Below, piece by piece: positions 58,601 through 64,000 of a stretch of DNA of 64,000 nt. Source of the stretch: Eledone cirrhosa (taxonomy: Eukaryota). Where the stretch lies: assembly GCA_964016885.1 (NCBI GenBank), contig OZ024741.1, positions 217,558,001 to 217,622,000 of the forward strand, read 5' to 3'. The stretch's first letter is position 1, and each line of letters starts with the position of its first letter. The notes below the pieces were generated by a model, which was not told the origin of the DNA, searched no databases, and saw nothing but the letters and a program-made list of their open reading frames with translations. A program made the position numbers and the translations under genes.

Positions 58601-61600
58601 TGGTGTTGGTGTGGTGGTGTTGTTGGTGTGGTGGTGTTGTTGGTGTGGTGGTGTTGGTGTGGTGGTGGTGTTGGTGTGGTGGTGATGTTGGTGTGGTGGT
58701 GTTGTTGGTGTGGTGGTGTTGTTGGTGTGGTGGTGTTGTTGGTGTGGTGGTGATGTTGGTGTGGTGGTGTTGTTGGTGTGGTGGTGTTGTTGGTGTGGTG
58801 GTGATGTTGGTGTGGTGGTGTTGTTGGTGTGGTGGGTGTTGTTGGTGTGGTGGTGATGATGTTGGTGTGGTGGTGTTGTTGGTGTGGTGGTGATGTTGGT
58901 GTGGTGGTGTTGTTGGTGTGGTGGTGTTGTTGGTGTGGTGGTGATGTTGGTGTGGTGGTGTTGTTGGTGTGGTGGTGTGGTGGTGTTGTTGGTGTGGTGG
59001 TGTTGTTGGTGTGGTGGTGATGTTGGTGTTGTTTGCGTGGTGGTGATGTGGTGTGGTGGTGTTGTTGGTGTGGTGGTGTTGGTGTGGTGGTGATGTTGGT
59101 GTGGTGATGTTGTTGGTGTGGGGATGTTGTTGGTGTGGTGGTGTTGTTGTTGGTGTGGTGATGTTGGTGTGGTGGTGATGTTGGTGTGGTGATGTTGTGG
59201 TGTGGTGGTGTTGTTGGTGTGGTGGTGTTGGTGTGGTGTTGTTGGCGTGGTGGTGGTGTTGTTGGTGTAGTGAGGTTGGTGTGGTGTTGTTGGCGTGGTG
59301 GTGTTGGTGTGGTGTTGTTGGCGTGGTGGTGGTGTTGTTGGTGTGGTGGTTTGTTGTTGGTGTGGTGGTGATGTTGGTGTAGTGAGGTTGGTGTGGTGTT
59401 GTTGGCGTGGTGGTGTTGGTGTGGTGTTGTTGGCGTGGTGGTGGTGATGTTGGTGTGGTGGTGTTGTTGGTGTGGTGGTTTGTTGGTGTGGTGGTTTGTT
59501 GGTGTGGTGGTTTGTTGGTGTGGTGATGTTGTTGGTGTGGTGATGTTGTTGGTGTGGTGGTGTTGTTGTTGGTGTGGTGTTGGTGTGGTGGTGTTGGTGT
59601 GGTGGTGATGTTGGTGTGGTGTTGTTGGCGTGGTTTGTGATGTTGTTGGTGTGGTGGTGTTGTTGGTGTGGTGATGTTGTTGGTGTGGTGTTGTTGTTGG
59701 TGTGATGTTGTTGTTGGTGTGGTGGTGATGTTGGTGTGGTGGTGGTGTTGGCGTGGTGATGATTTTGGTGTGGTGATGTTGTTGGTGTGGTGGTGTTGTT
59801 GGTCTGGTGGTGTTGTTGGTGTGGTGATGTTGTTGGTGTGGTGTGTTTTATGGTGTGGTGGTGGTGTTGGTGTTGTTGGTGTGGTGGTGTTGTTGTTGGT
59901 GTGGTGGTGGTGTTGGTGTGGTGATGTTGGTGTGGTGGTGATGTTGGTGTGGTGGTGTTGTTGGTGTGGTGATGTTGGTGTGGTGGTGGTGTTGTTGGTG
60001 TGGTGGTGTTGTTGGTGTGGTGGTGTTGGTGTGGTGGTGTTGTGTGGTGATGTTGGTGTGGTGATGTTGGTGTGGTGGTGATGTTGGTGTGGTGATGTTG
60101 GTGTGGTGGTGATGTTGGTTTGGTGATGTTGTTGGTGTGGTGATGTTGTTGGTGTGGTGATGTTGTTGGTGTGGTGTTGTTGTTGGTGTGGTGTTGTTGG
60201 CGTGGTGGTGGTGTTGTTGGTGTGGTGGTGTTGTTGGTGTAGTGATGTTGGTGTGGTGGTGGTGTGGTGTGGTGGTGTTGTTGGTGTGGTGGGTTTGTTG
60301 GTGTGGTGATGTTGTTGGTGTGGTGATGTTGTTGGTGTGGTGGTGTTGTTGGTGTGGTGATGTTGTTGTTGGTGTGGTGATGTTGTTGTTGGTGTGGTGG
60401 TGGTGTTGGCGTGGTGATGATTTTGGTGTGGTGATGTTGTTGGTGTGGTGATGTTGTTGGTGTGGTGTGTTTTATGTGTGGTGTTGGTGTTGTTGGCGTG
60501 GTGGTGTTGTTGGCATGGTGATGTTGTTGGTGTGGTGGTGGTGGTGTTGTTGGTGTGGTGGTGGTGTTGGTGTGGTGATGTTGTTGGTGTGGTGGTGGTG
60601 TTGGTGTGGTGATGTTGTTGGTGTGGCGGTGTTGTTGGTCTGGTAGTGTTGTTGGTGTGGTGGTGATGTTGGTGTGGTGATGTTGTTGGTGTGGTGATGT
60701 TGGTGTGGTGGTGTTGTTGTTGGTGTGGTGATGTTGGTGTGGTGGTGTTGTTGGTGTGGTGGTGTTGTTGGTGTGGTGGTGATGTTGGTGTGGTGTTGTT
60801 GGTGTGGTGGTGTTGTGGTGTGGTGATGTTGTTGGTGTGGTGGTGTTGTTGGTGTGGTGGTGATGTTGGTGTGGTGTTGTTGGTGTGGTGGTGTTGTTGG
60901 TGTGGTGGTGTTGTTGGTGTGGTGATGTTGGTGTGGTGGTGATGTTGGTGTGGTGGTGGTGTTGTTGGTGTGGTGGTGTTGTTGGTGTGGTGGTGTTGGT
61001 GTGGTGGTGTTGGTGTGGTGATGTTGGTGTGGTGATGTTGGTGTGGTGGTGATGTTGGTGTGGTGATGTTGGTGTGGTGGTGATGTTGGTTTGGTGATGT
61101 TGTTGGTGTGGTGATGTTGGTGTGGTGATGTTGTTGGTGTGGTGTTGTTGTTGGTGTGGTGTTGTTGGCGTGGTGGTGGTGTTGTTGGTGTGGTGGTGTT
61201 GTTGGTGTAGTGATGTTGGTGTGGTGGTGGTGTTGGTGTGGTGGTGTTGTTGGTGTGGTGGTTTGTTGGTCGTGGTGGTTTGTTGGTGTGGTGATGTTGT
61301 TGGTGTGGTGATGTTGTTGGTGTGGTGATGTTGTTGGTGTGGTGGTGTTGTTGGTGTGGTGATGTTGTTGTTGGTGTGGTGGTGATGTTGGTGTGGTGGT
61401 GGTGTTGGCGTGGTGATGATTTTGGTGTGGTGATGTTGTTGGTGTGGTGTGTTTTATGGTGTGGTGTGGTGTTGTTGGCGTGGTGGTGTTGTTGGCATGG
61501 TGATGTTGTTGGTGTGGTGGTGGTGGTGTTGTTGGTGTGGTGGTGGTGTTGGTGTGGTGATGTTGTTGGTGTGGTGGTGGTGTTGGTGTGGTGATGTTGT

Positions 61601-64000
61601 TGGTGTGGCGGTGTTGTTGGTCTGGTAGTGTTGTCGGTGTGGTGGTGATGTTGGTGTGGTGATGTTGTTGGTGTGGTGATGTTGTTGGTGTGGTGGTGTT
61701 GTTGTTGGTGTGGTGATGTTGGTGTGGTGGTGTTGTTGGTGTGGTGGTGATGTTGGTGTGGTGTTGTTGGTGTGGTGGTGTTGTTGGTGTGGTGATGTTG
61801 TTGGTGTGGTGGTGTTGTTGGTGTGGTGGTGATGTTGGTGTGGTGTTGTTGGTGTGGTGGTGTTGTTGGTGTGGTGGTGTTGTTGGTGTGGTGATGTTGT
61901 TGGTGTGGCGGTGTTGTTGGCTGGCAGTGTTGTTGGTGTGGTGATGTTGGTGTGGTGGTGGTGTTGGTGTGGTGGTGATGTTGGTGTGGTGTTGTTGGTG
62001 TGGTGGTGTTGTTGGTGTGGTGGTGTGGTGTTGTTGGTGTGGTGATGTTGGTGTGGTGGTGATGTTGGTGTGGTGGTGATGTTGGTGTGGTGGTGTTGTT
62101 GGTGTGGTGATGTTGTTGGTGTGGTGATGTTGTTGATGTGGCGGTGTTGTTGGTCTGGTAGTGTTGTTGGTGTGGTGGTGATGTTGGTGTGGTGATGTTG
62201 TTGGTGTGGTGATGTTGGTGTGGTGGTGTTGTTGGTGTGGTGGTGTTGTTGGTGTGGTGGTGGTGTTGGTGTGGTGATGTTGTTGGTGTGGTGATGTTGT
62301 TGGTGTGGTGATGTTGGTGTGGTGGTGATGTTGGTGTGGTGGTGTTGTTGGTGTGGTGATGTTGTTGGTGTGGTGATGTTGTTGGTGTGGCGGTGTTGTT
62401 GGTCTGGTAGTGTTGTTGGTGTGGTGGTGATGTTGGTGTGGTGGTGATGTTGGTGTGGTGATGTTGTTGGTGTGGTGATGTTGGTGTGGTGGTGATGTTG
62501 GTGTGGTGGTGTTGTTGGTGTGGTGATGTTGTTGGTTTGGCGGTGTTGTTGGTGTGGTGGTGATGTTGGTGTGGTGGTGATGTTGGTGTGGTGGTGTTGT
62601 TGGTGTGGTGATGTTGGTGTGGTGGTGATGTTGGTGTGGTGGTGTTGTTGGTGTGGTGATGTTGTTGGTGTGGCGGTGTTGTTGGTGTGGTGGTGGTGAT
62701 GTTGGTGTGGTGATGTTGTTGGTGTGGTGTGTTTTATGGTGTGGTGGTGGTGTTGGTGTGGTGGTGATGTTGGTGTGGTGATGTTGTTGGTGTAGTGCTG
62801 TTGGTGTGGTGGTGTTGTTGGTGTGGTGATGTTGTTGGTGTGGTGGTGGTGGTGGTGTGGTGGTGTTGTTGGTGTGGTGGTGTTGTTGGTGTGGTGGTGT
62901 TGTTGGTGTGGCGGTGTTGTTGGTCTGGTAGTGTTGTTGGTGTGGTGGTGATGTTGGTGTGGTCGTGTTGTTGGTGTGGTCGTGTTGTTGGGGTGGTGAT
63001 GTTGTTGGTGTGGTGGTGATGTCGGTGTGGTGATGTTGTTGGTGTGGTGGTGTTGTTGGTGTGGCGGTGTTGTTGGTCTGGTAGTGTTGTTGGTGTGGTG
63101 GTGATGTTGGTGTGGTGTTGTTGGTGTGGCGGTGTTGTTGGTGTGGTGATGGTGAGGTGATGTTGGTGTGGTGGTGTTGTTGGTGTGGTGGTGATGTTGG
63201 TGTGGTGGTGATGTTGGTGTGGTGATGGTGAGGTGATGTTGGTGTGGTGGTGATGTTGGTGTGGTGGTGTTGTTGGTGTGGTGGTGTTGGTGTGGTGGTG
63301 TTGTTGGTGTGGTGATGTTGGTGTGGTGATGTTGGTGTGGTGGTGATGTTGGTGTGGTGGTGTTGTTGGTGTGGTGGTGTTGTTGGTGTGGTGGTGTTGG
63401 TGTGGTGGTGATGTTGGTGTGGTGATGTTGTTGGTGTGGTGATGTTGGTGTGGTTGTGTTGTTGGTATGTTGGTGTTGTTGGTATGTTGGTGTGGTGGTG
63501 TTGTTGGTGTGGTGGTGTTGTTGGTGTGGCGGTGTTGTTGGTCTGGTAGTGTTGTTGGTGTGGTGGTGATGTTGGTGTGGTGGTGATGTTGGTGTGGTGA
63601 TGTTGTTGGTGTGGTGGTGTTGTTGGTGTGGTGATGTTGTTGGTGTGGCGGTGTTGTTGGTCTGGTAGTGTTTTTGGTGTGGTGGTGTTGTTGGTGTGGT
63701 GGTGATGTTGGTGTGGTGATGTTGTTGGTGTGGTGATGTTGTTGGTGTGGCGGTGTTGTTGGTCTGGTAGTGTTGTTGGTGTGGTGGTGTTGTTGGTGTG
63801 GCGGTGTTGTTGGTCTGGTAGTGTTGTTGGTGTGGTGGTGATGTTGGTGTGGTGATGTTGTTGGTGTGGCGGTGTTGTTGGTCTGGTAGTGTTGTTGGTC
63901 TGGTGGTGATGTTGGTGTGGTGGTGTTGTTGGTGTGGTGGTGATGGTGGTGTTGTTGGTGTGGTGTTGTTGGTGTGGTGGTGTTGTTGGTGTGGTGATGT
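55670..64000. repeat. More than 8.3 kb of G/T-rich cryptic simple repeat (TGG/TGT/TGA mosaic)
   Basis: The + strand is almost free of C and poor in A. The tract runs to the window end. Confidence 0.97.

Noticed and set aside
55581-63019. Many Val/Trp/Cys/Gly-rich ORFs
   Set aside because: They are translations of the G/T simple repeat, with no protein-like complexity or convincing splice signals.

Overview
AT-rich, microsatellite-dense eukaryotic DNA. The SINE/LINE repertoire suggests an octopus or other coleoid cephalopod (inference). One + strand spliced gene spans most of the window. It has a probable 10-nt first coding exon at 947-956, a ~43.6-kb first intron, and seven phase-compatible exons at 44572-55623, and it continues past the window end. 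The ~336 aa recovered comprise two tandem ~85-aa ubiquitin-like (SPATA1-N-like) repeats, a basic linker, and a SARM1/TIR_2-type TIR domain that keeps the catalytic Glu position. The introns carry several RTE-clade LINEs (one with an intact 1038-codon ORF) and two Penelope-like elements (PLEs; one Naiad-type, one Neptune-type). They also carry a near-intact mariner, a non-autonomous Helitron, piggyBac/Tc1/pogo-type MITEs, two tRNA-derived SINE families and many satellites. Highlights: (1) the Neptune-type PLE has in-frame TGA codons exactly at the second Cys of two CxxC motifs, a candidate selenoprotein retroelement; (2) several hammerhead ribozyme motifs, and small fold-back PLE derivatives whose inversion axis lies in hammerhead stem II; (3) the UBL-UBL-TIR gene; (4) satellites grown out of transposon termini or UTRs; (5) a SINE insertion that duplicated a splice donor. 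All calls were made by eye and repeat boundaries are approximate.
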